A DNA stretch of 64,000 nt from a bacterium (GTDB lineage: Bacteria > SZUA-182 > DTGQ01): the NCBI GenBank assembly GCA_023512255.1, contig JAILZY010000010.1, forward strand, positions 2,246 through 66,245, in the 5' to 3' direction. Made by a program: the position numbers and the translations under genes. Shown here one piece after another: positions 40,601-47,859 of the stretch; within the stretch, counting starts at the first letter, position 1, and the number at the start of each line of letters is the position of its first letter. The notes below the pieces were generated by a model. That model saw only the letters and a program-made list of their open reading frames with translations, did not search any database and was not told the origin of the DNA.

Positions 40601-40854
40601 AGAGCTGCAACGGCGATCAAAATGGAGATGGAGTTATTACTCCTGCTGATGCGCTCATAGTGTTCAAGTGTTACCTTGGATCAGGACCTTGCGGCGATTG
40701 CGCTGATGTTGATGGCAACGGCAGTGTTACTCCGGCTGATGCCCTGTGTCTGTTCAAGAAATACCTGGGTCAGCCTTCTTGTCTGGATAACCTTATTAAG
40801 CTTAATGCTCAAAATAAGGGAACCTTTGCCGTAAGTGGAAAATCAGACGCCTAA
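34675..40854 (+). CDS. Giant secreted multidomain protein (2059 aa): signal/anchor, PD40 (TolB-like) 6-blade beta-propeller, Cys-rich linker domain, two arrays of about 26 'WC[RW]PCP' 20-residue cysteine repeats, cohesin, HYR, cohesin, type-I dockerin
   Basis: Hydrophobic N-terminus WWAKLVSSSCLVLFTIIALSVGCMGIW. PD40 blades ...YDMYGYDL, PDIFLYDL, YDIYGLDL, DDIYLYDL, WDIYGYDL, KNIYAATL. Repeats ALWCRPCPVATTTAAGQALWCWPCPVASVDAASAD... Cohesin-like DIEGAQADVGDEVKIKIRIQNAPGVVSSFGFEVIYRSDILEYQGFERG and DIKGTEGRIGEEVKIPIRIQNAPGAISALGFEVSYKPSVLEYVGFERG. HYR-like PPQITCPGDRV...TARDKAGNSSSCTATITI. Dockerin DQNGDGVITPADALIVFK / DVDGNGSVTPADALCLFK. Confidence 0.8.
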   Translation: MRSKSKEFFSDQKGVLRIMSKVKDNWWAKLVSSSCLVLFTIIALSVGCMGIWVSKTEAGGVNLSLSGQAIYPQPVDQEVPEIYGTKVVWMQQGNDYYYKVFLGDLETGTSRQLGSSPAAEKYPAIWENKVIWMDYRSIMDDPTVENKYAYIFKYYDMYGYDLEKNQEFPICTNPEWQGYGDIQKDRVVYADMRTGSPDIFLYDLRSSQEYAICIHPAWQGNPVIYDNYVIWMDERSGNYDIYGLDLATGKEFPICTAADNQAYPAISGTKVVWQDKRSGNDDIYLYDLATKQEIAICTHPGKQQVPDICGNIIVWQDDRNGNWDIYGYDLTTYQEFQITNQSGDETFPAISGDRIVWVDSRSGHKNIYAATLPSGFAPQANNQVRNRESITAASSLGDSITAMSFAASSLASSIATTIAPNIEILIPELIPEITIPAITSPIIEVPKTGPSIIGYENSGCKKEITSTTIRAPEEEKFTYKYQDNILYLFHENASYNCCIEEIAITMEVVGNIINIYEDERLEGGGCRCLCTYDITTKIGCLEPGTYEVKFFNKQTGKLLGVIKEVVIPPIPCLLSAAAPVQKCCPLPCTDPINRCCPYASAVPEQRCVVCPVPWWPCPCSYFDDMEQDTWTFSRGISSSSSISTPLPPPPIQEIDYSTAQYVSPKRSIWAYVASYLETATDASITGAGYRTLGEGAELATASSTSASLAAAANARVSASRSFELCGCENLKLKLSYQIRYSISKINQYLYRRVAVEVMAYDAAGNQMGKRTYVLFRNPIQVLSQEDIDIVLPAQSAWQTLARSLQKDIPIKWCEARKLQVILKAEGYFPAGQGDFVETFWDDLAIEGQNCNIILPCCPLAQAEVGAADALWCRPCPVATTTAASQALWCWPCPVASVDAASADALWCRPCPYEIHMPDGTIRRCCPVATTTAANQALWCWPCPIATGVEVNVQSWCCPLAKAEVDTQVLWCRPCPVATQLDNNLIRWCCPLAKAEVDSQSLWCWPCPYVVEKDGQLTRWCCPVAQNVDTQLWCRPCPYPKATDKELNIYCCPVATATAAGQAMWCRPCPLASDVADEALKLWCCPLAQAEVGAADALWCRPCPVATTTAAGQALWCWPCPVASVDAASADALWCRPCPVPITPLPDNCLIGTVKEIQHHVSVGRSDLKVVDESGNIREISVPLTQAENLKVGDKVKVCIETDKNGEIISITIEKYDPNAQVVPPAQICCPLAQAEVGAADALWCRPCPIASVDAASADALWCRPCPVATTTAAGQALWCWPCPIASVDAASADALWCRPCPYEIHMPDGTIRRCCPVATATAANQALWCRPCPVAYVDAASADALWCRPCPVATTTADGQALWCRPCPVATQLDNNLIRWCCPLAKAEVDSQSLWCWPCPYVVEKDGQLTRWCCPVAQNVDTQLWCRPCPYPKATDKELNIYCCPVATATAAGQAMWCRPCPLASDVADEALKLWCCPLAQAEVGAADALWCRPCPVATTTAAGQALWCWPCPIASVDAASTDALWCPPCPVATTTAAGQALWCRPCPVASVDAASADALWCRPCPVATTTAAGQALWCQPGVVTECLEETSGALDIEGAQADVGDEVKIKIRIQNAPGVVSSFGFEVIYRSDILEYQGFERGNLVLSFPMIDVSPSGPDRLKVGGLSANPIPQGASGSVVVLKFKVIGGVKDECYPLSLENLVDDLVKFSKTGGCLCIKDTVPPQITCPGDRVIGQINSDGTPADDPEVVAFLAEAKAWDAVDGEVAVSATFQFDQTSGVTSTSEPVPGAEIIIDADDQAKIFSGNPLILPPGQTTVIFTARDKAGNSSSCTATITIQPMVCEEDESGQLDIKGTEGRIGEEVKIPIRIQNAPGAISALGFEVSYKPSVLEYVGFERGSLAASFSVFDVNPIASGRLIVGGYSTRGIPQGASGDLLILKFKVKDGMEGGCYPLKLDGLTDDVVNFTASPGCFCIKSCNGDQNGDGVITPADALIVFKCYLGSGPCGDCADVDGNGSVTPADALCLFKKYLGQPSCLDNLIKLNAQNKGTFAVSGKSDA
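37240..39415 (+). repeat. Coding tandem-repeat arrays (60-bp units encoding WC[RW]PCP) in two blocks (37240-38095 and 38356-39415), including a 100%-identical 361-bp duplication (37600-37960 = 38779-39139)
   Basis: Direct comparison of the sequence lines shows identical text at an offset of about 1180 bp. The shadow ORFs on the opposite strand are artefacts of this repeat. Confidence 0.9.
39440..40790 (+). other. C-terminal cohesin, HYR, cohesin and dockerin module of the giant protein (approximate domain span)
   Basis: The domain-signature sequences are listed under the giant CDS. Dockerin calcium-binding repeats lie at about 40606-40790. Confidence 0.6.
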
Positions 40855-40885
40855 AGATTACTATTAGCTCTGAAGATCAGACAGC

Positions 40886-40923
40886 GAGAGGGCGATCCCA
40901 ACAGGGGCCGCCCTCTCTTTTTT
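40886..40923 (+). terminator. Rho-independent terminator after the giant gene (gagagggcg-N14-cgccctctc-tttttt)
   Basis: 9-bp GC-rich stem and a T6 tract, 32 nt after the stop codon. Confidence 0.6.
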
Positions 40924-41067
40924 CCCCATCCACAAATTATAAAATCCATGCTCCATATTTTGACAAAAAAAGATACTTATGATAAATTTTAGCGGTAAAT
41001 TTTCAAAATCTATAATTAACAACATCAACCAATTAATTACTTTTCCAAAGAGGAAGATAGAATCGGT

Positions 41068-41472
41068 ATGATCATCCAGACAGAGGTATCTTGGCAAAAT
41101 TTTGATTTACCCTCTCTTCTGCAAAGGTTCGAGCAGAAGGAGAGCTATCTGACGGGAAGTATCATTATCCATCGGGGGAAGGTAAAATCTCCGGGCAAGA
41201 AAGTAACTCATCTCTCTTCGGTCATGCTGAAAGAGCGGCTTGAGGGATCTGGCCAACAAGAATTAGCCAAAATCGCAGATGAGGCCGCGGCGAAATTTCC
41301 TCACCTTCAGCAGATTTATATCAACCATAGATTGGGAGAGGCCAAAGTGGGCGATGATATTCTCCTGCTTATTGTTTCGGCTGCGGACCGCAGAAGCGCT
41401 TTTTCCGCTGCCCAATGGATAGTCGATGAAATAAAGAAAGAAAAGATCATTACCTTGACCGAGATAGCCTGA
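41068..41472 (+). CDS. moaE: Molybdopterin synthase catalytic subunit MoaE-like
   Basis: Colinear with E. coli MoaE (…IIHRGKVKS…, …IYINHRLGEAKVGDDILLLIVSAADRRSAFSAAQWIVDEIKKEKII versus VIHRIGELWPGDEIVFVGVTSAHRSSAFEAGQFIMDYLKTRAPFWKRE). Confidence 0.55.
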   Translation: MIIQTEVSWQNFDLPSLLQRFEQKESYLTGSIIIHRGKVKSPGKKVTHLSSVMLKERLEGSGQQELAKIADEAAAKFPHLQQIYINHRLGEAKVGDDILLLIVSAADRRSAFSAAQWIVDEIKKEKIITLTEIA

Positions 41473-41494
41473 AAAAGCGTGGAGAGATGAAGAC

Positions 41495-42430
41495 ATGGAA
41501 CAGAAAAGGGACTGTCCCAAAACCAAAATACTCATGGTGGATGATGAGCCTACGATTGTAAGCATCTACCAGCACTTATACCAAGAAAATCTGTTCCCTT
41601 GGTTTGATTCGAGAATCACCGTATCAACAGCTAATTCAGGAGATCGGGCTTTAGATCTTCTTCAGAGAGAGCGGTTTGATTTACTGGTTACTGATTTTAA
41701 CCATCCCGGGCCAAGCGGCATCGAGTTTATCGGTGCAGTCAAAAAGATATGCCCTGAGCTACCCATTATTGTCTGCTCTGGACTAAACAGCGTAGGCGCT
41801 CGGATTAAAGAGTTATTCTCTGCCGGGGTGAAGGATTTTCTCTCAAAGCCTTTTCATATCTCCGAGCTTAGTCAGGCAATTTACCGCGTTCTAATCGAGG
41901 ATAAGACAGGCTCATTCTATATAAGGCAATGTATGGCTAGCCTCTGCGGTCATATCTCTTTTCTGCTGGCACCGAAGGCTAAATTGGAATGGGGTCTGAT
42001 ACGGCTCAGCAGACAGCCGGATTCGCTCAAGATTGAAGATTGTAGTGAGGCGCTGATACTGGGGTATAAAATTTCACCTCCGCCATATTTGGCTAAGGCG
42101 GCGGAAGTTATCGGCGATTTTCCCCTAGAGCGGTTTATTTCAGCAACCCTAGAGTGTATTCAAAGGCAAGATGTGGTAGCTTTGGATTTTCCCCCTGTTC
42201 AGATCGTTAACAAAGATGACCATCAGGCCATAACAACCATGAATCTTTCTACCTTGGCTTGCATTCCCCCTCCTCCTCAATTATCAAAGATAGATTGCAT
42301 TCATCTTTTCCCTCACTCTTTTGATTGTTCGCTGCCGGCGAACTGGAGCAATATTCTGAAAGGGGTAAAAAAAGAGCTCTCTTCCTACTTTCACCCTATT
42401 TATGGCCTCACTTATGGCCTCAGCGCATAA
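41495..42430 (+). CDS. Response-regulator receiver domain protein with an uncharacterised C-terminal domain
   Basis: REC KILMVDDEPTIVSIYQ...FDLLVTDFNHPGPSGIEFIGAVKK...PIIVCSG...SKP, then about 180 aa with no recognisable domain. Confidence 0.6.
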   Translation: MEQKRDCPKTKILMVDDEPTIVSIYQHLYQENLFPWFDSRITVSTANSGDRALDLLQRERFDLLVTDFNHPGPSGIEFIGAVKKICPELPIIVCSGLNSVGARIKELFSAGVKDFLSKPFHISELSQAIYRVLIEDKTGSFYIRQCMASLCGHISFLLAPKAKLEWGLIRLSRQPDSLKIEDCSEALILGYKISPPPYLAKAAEVIGDFPLERFISATLECIQRQDVVALDFPPVQIVNKDDHQAITTMNLSTLACIPPPPQLSKIDCIHLFPHSFDCSLPANWSNILKGVKKELSSYFHPIYGLTYGLSA

Positions 42431-45400
42431 AAAAATCATGCCCGAAAAAAATTCCCCATTCCTCTTATGGTTTTCCTTACTCTTCATCTGCCTCTTCATC
42501 TTCTTTCTCCTTTGCTGTCCAGCCCAGGCAGAGAAGCAGCCTTTGGGCAATGTGCTGCTGATCACCATTGATACCCTGCGGGCAGACCACCTTGGCTGCT
42601 TTGGATATCGGGTTATTCAAACCCCTAATATTGATTCCCTGGCTAGGCAGGGAGTGCTATTTCAGCAGACCTTTACTCCGGTTCCGATTACTCTTCCCTC
42701 ACATGCTTCCATTTTTACCGGCCTCTATCCCTACCAGCACGGAGTCTTGGATAACGGCTCGTTTTCCCTGAAAAAAGAAGCTATCACCCTGGCCGAGATT
42801 CTGAAGAATAGTGGATATAAGACCGCAGCCTTTGTAGGGGCCTTTGTCCTTGATTCGATCTTTGGCCTGGATCAGGGATTTGACGATTACGATGACTATA
42901 TGCCTAAGCAGGATGACCATACGGCTAAGCAGGATAAAGTGATGGCTATTCACTTCGCCGAGCGACCGGCTAGCCAAGTAACCGAGAGAGCCATTTCCTG
43001 GCTCAGGAAGCAGCAGGTGGCAAAAGCCGCGCCTTGCCCCTTTTTCCTCTGGCTCCACTACTTTGAGCCTCATGCACCCTATGAGCCGCCTGAGCCATTT
43101 AAAAGCCGCTACAGCCACTCTGCCTATGATGGGGAAATAGCCGCGGTTGATCATTGGCTCGGTATCTTGGTGCAGGAATTGAAAAGGCTGGGGCTTTTTG
43201 ACAAGATCCTCATTGTGGTTACGGCTGATCATGGAGAGGGGCTGGGGGAGCATCAGGAGAGCACTCACGGAAACTTTCTCTACGATTCCACGCTCAGGGT
43301 ACCTCTTATTTTCAAGCTTCCGCAAAGCCGATTCTTTGGCCTTATCCCAAAGCGGATAAATTCCCTTACTAGAACTATAGATGTTATGCCGACCATTCTT
43401 GACCTGCTTGGACTCTCAGCCCATATCCCGCAAGGGATCGATGGCCAGAGTTTGCTGCCGCTCATTCAGGAGGAGAGAGCCTGGAGCCGAGGAGCCACAG
43501 GGTCGGAAGGAGGCAAAGATTTTGAAGATGTTAAGGGATTTGAAGACCTTAGGGGAAAAGATTTAAAAGGAGACAAGGGGAGAGGAGATAAAAGAGATAG
43601 GAGAGGAGATAAAAGAGACAAAAGAAATGATAGCGATAAAGGAGATGATGGCGCCGGGCGGCGATACCTTTTGTGCGAAACCTATTATCCTTTTTTTCAC
43701 TATGGATGGAGCCCTGAATTTGGTTTGCGTACAGAGGAGTGGAAATATATCGAGGCGCCAAAACCAGAGCTTTATTATCTGAAAGATGATCCGGGAGAGA
43801 GGGTTAATCTCTATGAGCCAAAGCATCCTGTGGTTTCAGAGCTTCGCCTTCGGATGGAGAGGGGGCGAGTTGAGAGGGACCGAGATTTTAGGAAAATTTC
43901 ACCCTCTGCTTCCTCCGCTCCTCCTAAACTCACTCAGTTGATGAGAGAGCAGCTTGCAAGCCTTGGTTATCTTCAGGTCAATAGCTTGTCTTCTTTCGGG
44001 AAATTGGCCAGACTGCCGGATGTCAAGGACAGGGTAGCTGTGCTTCAAGGTATTGATGAGGCAGTTTCGGCCATAAGCCAAGGTAGGTATCAGGAGGCGC
44101 TCGGGAAGCTAACCTCAATCCTTCGCTCTGATTCGGAAAATATTTCCGCGCTCCTCTATCAGGCCTGCCTATATCGCAAGCTGGGCCAGTATCCTTTGGC
44201 CATAGCCGCTTTTAGGAAAATTCTGGCCATAGATCCCACTCATATTGATATTCATAATCACTTGGGCACTATTTACCATGAGATGCACGATCCCAATCAG
44301 GCTATCCGAGAATTTCTCCAGGAGATCAAACTCCACCCCAATCATGTCGAAGCTCATTATAATCTGGCCTTAGAGTATGCTGATCAGGGGAAAATCAAAA
44401 AAGCCCTGGAAAGTGTGCTCTCGGTGCTTCGGCTAGATCAGACCTATGCCGAGGGGTATAATCTGCGGGGCAAGCTCAGGATCCGAGAGGGAAATATAGT
44501 TGGAGCAGAGGAGGATTTTCAAAAGGCGATTGCTCTCTTTCCTGAATGTGCTGATGCTCATAATAATCTTGGTGTTCTCTACGGCCAGCAGGGAAAGCTG
44601 GCTCAGGCAATCAGAGAGCTGACTGTGGCCAAAAGCTTTGATCCTCAGAACGCGGCTATTTTGGTTAACCTAGCTAATGTCTGTCTTCAGCAAAACCAAT
44701 TTAGCTTAGCTGAGGAGCATCTTCAGCAGGCGCTTGTCTTGCAGCCGGCCTCAATTGAGGCAAAAGAGGCGCTCGGCCGCGTTTTCCTTCAGGCGGGGCG
44801 CACCGAAAAGGCTAGGGAGTTGCTAGAGCAGGTAGTGAAAACCTGTCCGCATCGGGCTAAAAGCAGGCTATTGCTTGGCCAGGTTTATACAATCCAGGGT
44901 TTGGGGCCAAATGCCCGAAAAGAATTGGAAGAGGCTATTCGACTCGATCCTCAAGATGAGCAGGCCTATGTTAAGCTGGCTAATCTGCTATTTCAGCAGG
45001 GGGATGTGTCCGCGGCCCTCAGCAGATGGGAAAAGGCCATTAGCCTGAATCCCAAAAATCTTGAGGCTTACCATAACCTTGGGGTTGCCTTATACCAGCA
45101 GGGAAAGATGAGCGAGGCGGTTAAGAGCTGGGAGAGTGCTCTTCGGCTAGATCCCAATTCTGCCGCGGTACGTCTTCATCTTGGCTCGGCTAGGTTTCAG
45201 CAGGGGAAGATCCAAGCGGCTATTTCAGAGTGGAAAAAGGTGTTAGCGATTGAGCCTGGGAACTTTGAGGCCCTATCAAACCTTGGCTCGGCCTATATTA
45301 GGCAGGGAGATGTGGAAGAGGCGAAGCGATATTGGCAAAAAGCGGTAGAGATCAGACCGCAGAGTGCGGATCTACACTTCAATTTAGCTATCCTCTTTTT

Positions 45401-45536
45401 GCAGCAGGGAATGATGGCTGAAGGAGAAAGCGAACTTATCAAAGTGCTCAAGATCAATCCCCACTATCCCAAGGCCCCTGAGCTGCTGGAGAGGGCCAGA
45501 GCAGGGAGGAGGGCCAGAGGGGGGACTTGGCAGTGA
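42402..45536 (+). CDS. Membrane-anchored sulfatase-family (alkaline-phosphatase superfamily) hydrolase/transferase fused to a long C-terminal TPR array
   Basis: Sulfatase N-terminus NVLLITIDTLRADHLGCFGY...NIDSLARQGVLFQQTFTPVPITLPSHASIFTG. The nucleophile position is Thr (TLPSH) rather than the Cys/Ser of CxPxR. Lys/Asp/Arg low-complexity insert KGDKGRGDKRDRRGDKRDKRNDSDKGDDG. At least 12 TPR repeats (AHYNLALEY..., AYHNLGVALYQQGK...). Alternative start at 42438 (MPEKNS). Confidence 0.7.
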   Translation: MASLMASAHKKIMPEKNSPFLLWFSLLFICLFIFFLLCCPAQAEKQPLGNVLLITIDTLRADHLGCFGYRVIQTPNIDSLARQGVLFQQTFTPVPITLPSHASIFTGLYPYQHGVLDNGSFSLKKEAITLAEILKNSGYKTAAFVGAFVLDSIFGLDQGFDDYDDYMPKQDDHTAKQDKVMAIHFAERPASQVTERAISWLRKQQVAKAAPCPFFLWLHYFEPHAPYEPPEPFKSRYSHSAYDGEIAAVDHWLGILVQELKRLGLFDKILIVVTADHGEGLGEHQESTHGNFLYDSTLRVPLIFKLPQSRFFGLIPKRINSLTRTIDVMPTILDLLGLSAHIPQGIDGQSLLPLIQEERAWSRGATGSEGGKDFEDVKGFEDLRGKDLKGDKGRGDKRDRRGDKRDKRNDSDKGDDGAGRRYLLCETYYPFFHYGWSPEFGLRTEEWKYIEAPKPELYYLKDDPGERVNLYEPKHPVVSELRLRMERGRVERDRDFRKISPSASSAPPKLTQLMREQLASLGYLQVNSLSSFGKLARLPDVKDRVAVLQGIDEAVSAISQGRYQEALGKLTSILRSDSENISALLYQACLYRKLGQYPLAIAAFRKILAIDPTHIDIHNHLGTIYHEMHDPNQAIREFLQEIKLHPNHVEAHYNLALEYADQGKIKKALESVLSVLRLDQTYAEGYNLRGKLRIREGNIVGAEEDFQKAIALFPECADAHNNLGVLYGQQGKLAQAIRELTVAKSFDPQNAAILVNLANVCLQQNQFSLAEEHLQQALVLQPASIEAKEALGRVFLQAGRTEKARELLEQVVKTCPHRAKSRLLLGQVYTIQGLGPNARKELEEAIRLDPQDEQAYVKLANLLFQQGDVSAALSRWEKAISLNPKNLEAYHNLGVALYQQGKMSEAVKSWESALRLDPNSAAVRLHLGSARFQQGKIQAAISEWKKVLAIEPGNFEALSNLGSAYIRQGDVEEAKRYWQKAVEIRPQSADLHFNLAILFLQQGMMAEGESELIKVLKINPHYPKAPELLERARAGRRARGGTWQ

Positions 45537-46186
45537 TCTTGCTTTCCATGACCAATACCTGGGGGACCAATATCTGGGCAACCAATACCCCCAATATCTA
45601 TGTGATCACTATCTATGTAGCTATTTTGCTTTGTGTCTGCACCCTGGTTTTGTTGGCCCCTCTTTCTTTGAAAGTCAACAGTCGTGAGCATGAATATGCC
45701 GTAAGCTTAGGCTGGATATTCCAAATCAGCTCTGAGGCGCCTCAACATCCGACTTGGCTGCGGTTTTCTCTCTTTGGCTGCTCATGGATCAGGGAAATCA
45801 GGTGGCCTGCGAGGTGGGACTTGAGTCAGCTAACCCAAAGCGGGAAGGTATGGATGGGTCGTCTGATTCAGGATGGAGAGACTTTCTTGGCCGTGGCTGC
45901 CAGACTTAAAGGGGCATTTTTCAGCCTAATGCAGCTTGCTAGCCAAAGAGTAGACATCAGCCTAGATGCCTCCGATGCTATGGCCAATGCTATTCTTGGG
46001 ATTATTTTTACTCATTGGACGCTCAGGGGAGTTAGGGTAAGGGTGAATTACTTAGGAGAAAATTGGCTAGTCGGCTACTTCAGGCTCCGTCTGTGGGTAT
46101 TAATCTGGGTAGGTTTAAAATTTTTCCTTTCCCGGCCAGTTTTGAAGCTAGGGAGGGCGGTCTTATGCTCACTAGAGCTTTGGTGA
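45527..46186 (+). CDS. Hypothetical membrane protein, possibly a DUF2953/YtfI-like partner of the GerW-family gene
   Basis: N-terminal TM segment. Its position immediately upstream of a YtfJ/GerW-like gene mirrors the Bacillus ytfI-ytfJ arrangement. The family assignment is tentative. Confidence 0.4.
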   Translation: MAVILLSMTNTWGTNIWATNTPNIYVITIYVAILLCVCTLVLLAPLSLKVNSREHEYAVSLGWIFQISSEAPQHPTWLRFSLFGCSWIREIRWPARWDLSQLTQSGKVWMGRLIQDGETFLAVAARLKGAFFSLMQLASQRVDISLDASDAMANAILGIIFTHWTLRGVRVRVNYLGENWLVGYFRLRLWVLIWVGLKFFLSRPVLKLGRAVLCSLELW

Positions 46187-46405
46187 AGAGGCCAGAAAAG
46201 AACCAGAAAAGAATATGAGGAGGCTAGAAAAAATGGTTTTTTCGCTAAGTGCGAGAGCATATCCCAATTATCCAATCAATTTTAGGGGTGTTCAATCAAT
46301 TGTAGGGGCGGCCCTTGTGTTCGCCCAAAGTGAGTATTTTTCAGCGATAAAACCAGAGAATAATAGAGAACCAAAGAATAATATAGGGGGGATAAAAAGA
46401 TAGAT

Positions 46406-46783
46406 ATGGAAAATCAGACTGTTGAGACGCTGTCCCTTTTATTGCAGGAGTTTCAAAAATATGGAGCTGCCGATAGTGTGATTGGCAAGGAGCTGCATAT
46501 CGGAGAGGTAACCATTGTGCCGATCAGCAAGCTTAGCCTAGGAGTTGGGGCAGGGGCAAGCACAAGCAGTAAAAAGGGAGAGGAGAAGGGGGGAGGATGT
46601 GGGGGCGGGCTTAAAGTGGAGCCGATAGCTTTTTTGGTGGTTCAAAAGGAGCGGGTTTCTCTGCTTGGTTTGGGAAAGAAAGGTCCGCTTGATGCGCTCT
46701 CTGAGCAAATACCGGATTTGATTGACAAATGGATAGGGAAAAGAGCTTCTCCCGCGCCGGCTGACAGAGAGAAGGAAGGGTAA
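46406..46783 (+). CDS. GerW/YtfJ-family protein
   Basis: SLLLQEFQKYGAADSVIGKELHIGEVTIVPISKLSLGVGAGAS...GGGGLKVEPIAFLVVQKERVSLLGL resembles the GerW/YtfJ fold signature. Confidence 0.55.
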   Translation: MENQTVETLSLLLQEFQKYGAADSVIGKELHIGEVTIVPISKLSLGVGAGASTSSKKGEEKGGGCGGGLKVEPIAFLVVQKERVSLLGLGKKGPLDALSEQIPDLIDKWIGKRASPAPADREKEG

Positions 46784-46917
46784 ATCTTCTACAATTTTCC
46801 TTCTTGGGTATTGACTGACAAATATGCTATAATCTGAATGAATCTGAATGAATAAAATGGCTGTGCCAGCATGAGTTACATGCTGTCGCTGAAACATCTA
46901 GTTAACTTTAGTATATT

Positions 46918-47859
46918 TTGGCGGCAGAGGCCTCCCTAAATTATTTCGATCAAGCAAAAATATCCAAAGACATAGAAAGGATAAAAAAAATGCGAGAACA
47001 ACTAAGAAAAGAAATACCAAAGGGAAGATGTTTTTTTTGTAATTCTGTCTTTAGCAAGGCAGCGATGACTAAACACATAACCTCATGCAAGGCCAAGGCA
47101 ACTTCTGAGGCAGCGCTTCAGAAGAGTCGAAGGTCGAGCAAAAATAACAAAAGTTTTCATATCCTGGTTGAGGGGAGGTATCTGCCTGAGTACTGGATGC
47201 ACCTTGAGGTGAAAGCCAAGGCTACTCTGGATGATTTGGATGAATTCCTGAGAGACATTTGGCTTGAGTGCTGTGGGCACATGAGCGCTTTCACCATTGG
47301 GGGGCGAACCTTCATCTCAGGGCCGGAGCGAGAGAGCGGCGAGGAGGGATTTGATATTGAGTTGGACAAACTCCTCACTCCCAAGATAACGTTTTATCAT
47401 GAATACGACTTTGGTACCACCACGGATTTGACTCTGAAGGTCCTGTCAGAGCGGGAAGACAGTACCAGTGAATGGCCGGTTCAATTGCTGGCCAGAAATG
47501 AGGCTCCGCAGATAAACTGTGATATATGCGGAAAACCTGCTACAATGGTATGTACTCAGTGTATTGAAGAGGGTGGATGGCTGTGCAGTGAGTGCGCTGA
47601 GGAGCATGAATGCGGCGAGGATATGCTCCTGCCGGTAACTAATTCCCCGCGGGTTGGAGTGTGCGGATATACTGGAAATGGTGATGATGAGGAGGATGAT
47701 GATCTTGACTGGGAGGATGAAGATGATGAGGGGTTCTTTGATGATGAGGATGATGATTACGGTGAAAATGGTGAGGATGATGATGATTTATTTGCTGATG
47801 ATCTGATGTTTGATGAAGAGGATGAAGAGGATCTATTTGAGGACGATGAAGAAGAGTGA
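46918..47859 (+). CDS. pRiA4b-ORF3-like (PF07929-like) domain protein with a CxxC...CxxC zinc ribbon and an extreme poly-Asp/Glu C-terminal tail
   Basis: TLDDLDEFLRDIWLECCGHMSAFTIGGRTF...ITFYHEYDFGTTTDLTLKVL fits the PRiA4_ORF3 pattern (…LHEF.I… YVYDFGD.W.H). CDICGKPATMVCTQCIEEGGWLCSECAEEHEC. The last roughly 70 residues are over 80% D/E. Possible true start at 46990. Confidence 0.4.
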   Translation: MAAEASLNYFDQAKISKDIERIKKMREQLRKEIPKGRCFFCNSVFSKAAMTKHITSCKAKATSEAALQKSRRSSKNNKSFHILVEGRYLPEYWMHLEVKAKATLDDLDEFLRDIWLECCGHMSAFTIGGRTFISGPERESGEEGFDIELDKLLTPKITFYHEYDFGTTTDLTLKVLSEREDSTSEWPVQLLARNEAPQINCDICGKPATMVCTQCIEEGGWLCSECAEEHECGEDMLLPVTNSPRVGVCGYTGNGDDEEDDDLDWEDEDDEGFFDDEDDDYGENGEDDDDLFADDLMFDEEDEEDLFEDDEEE

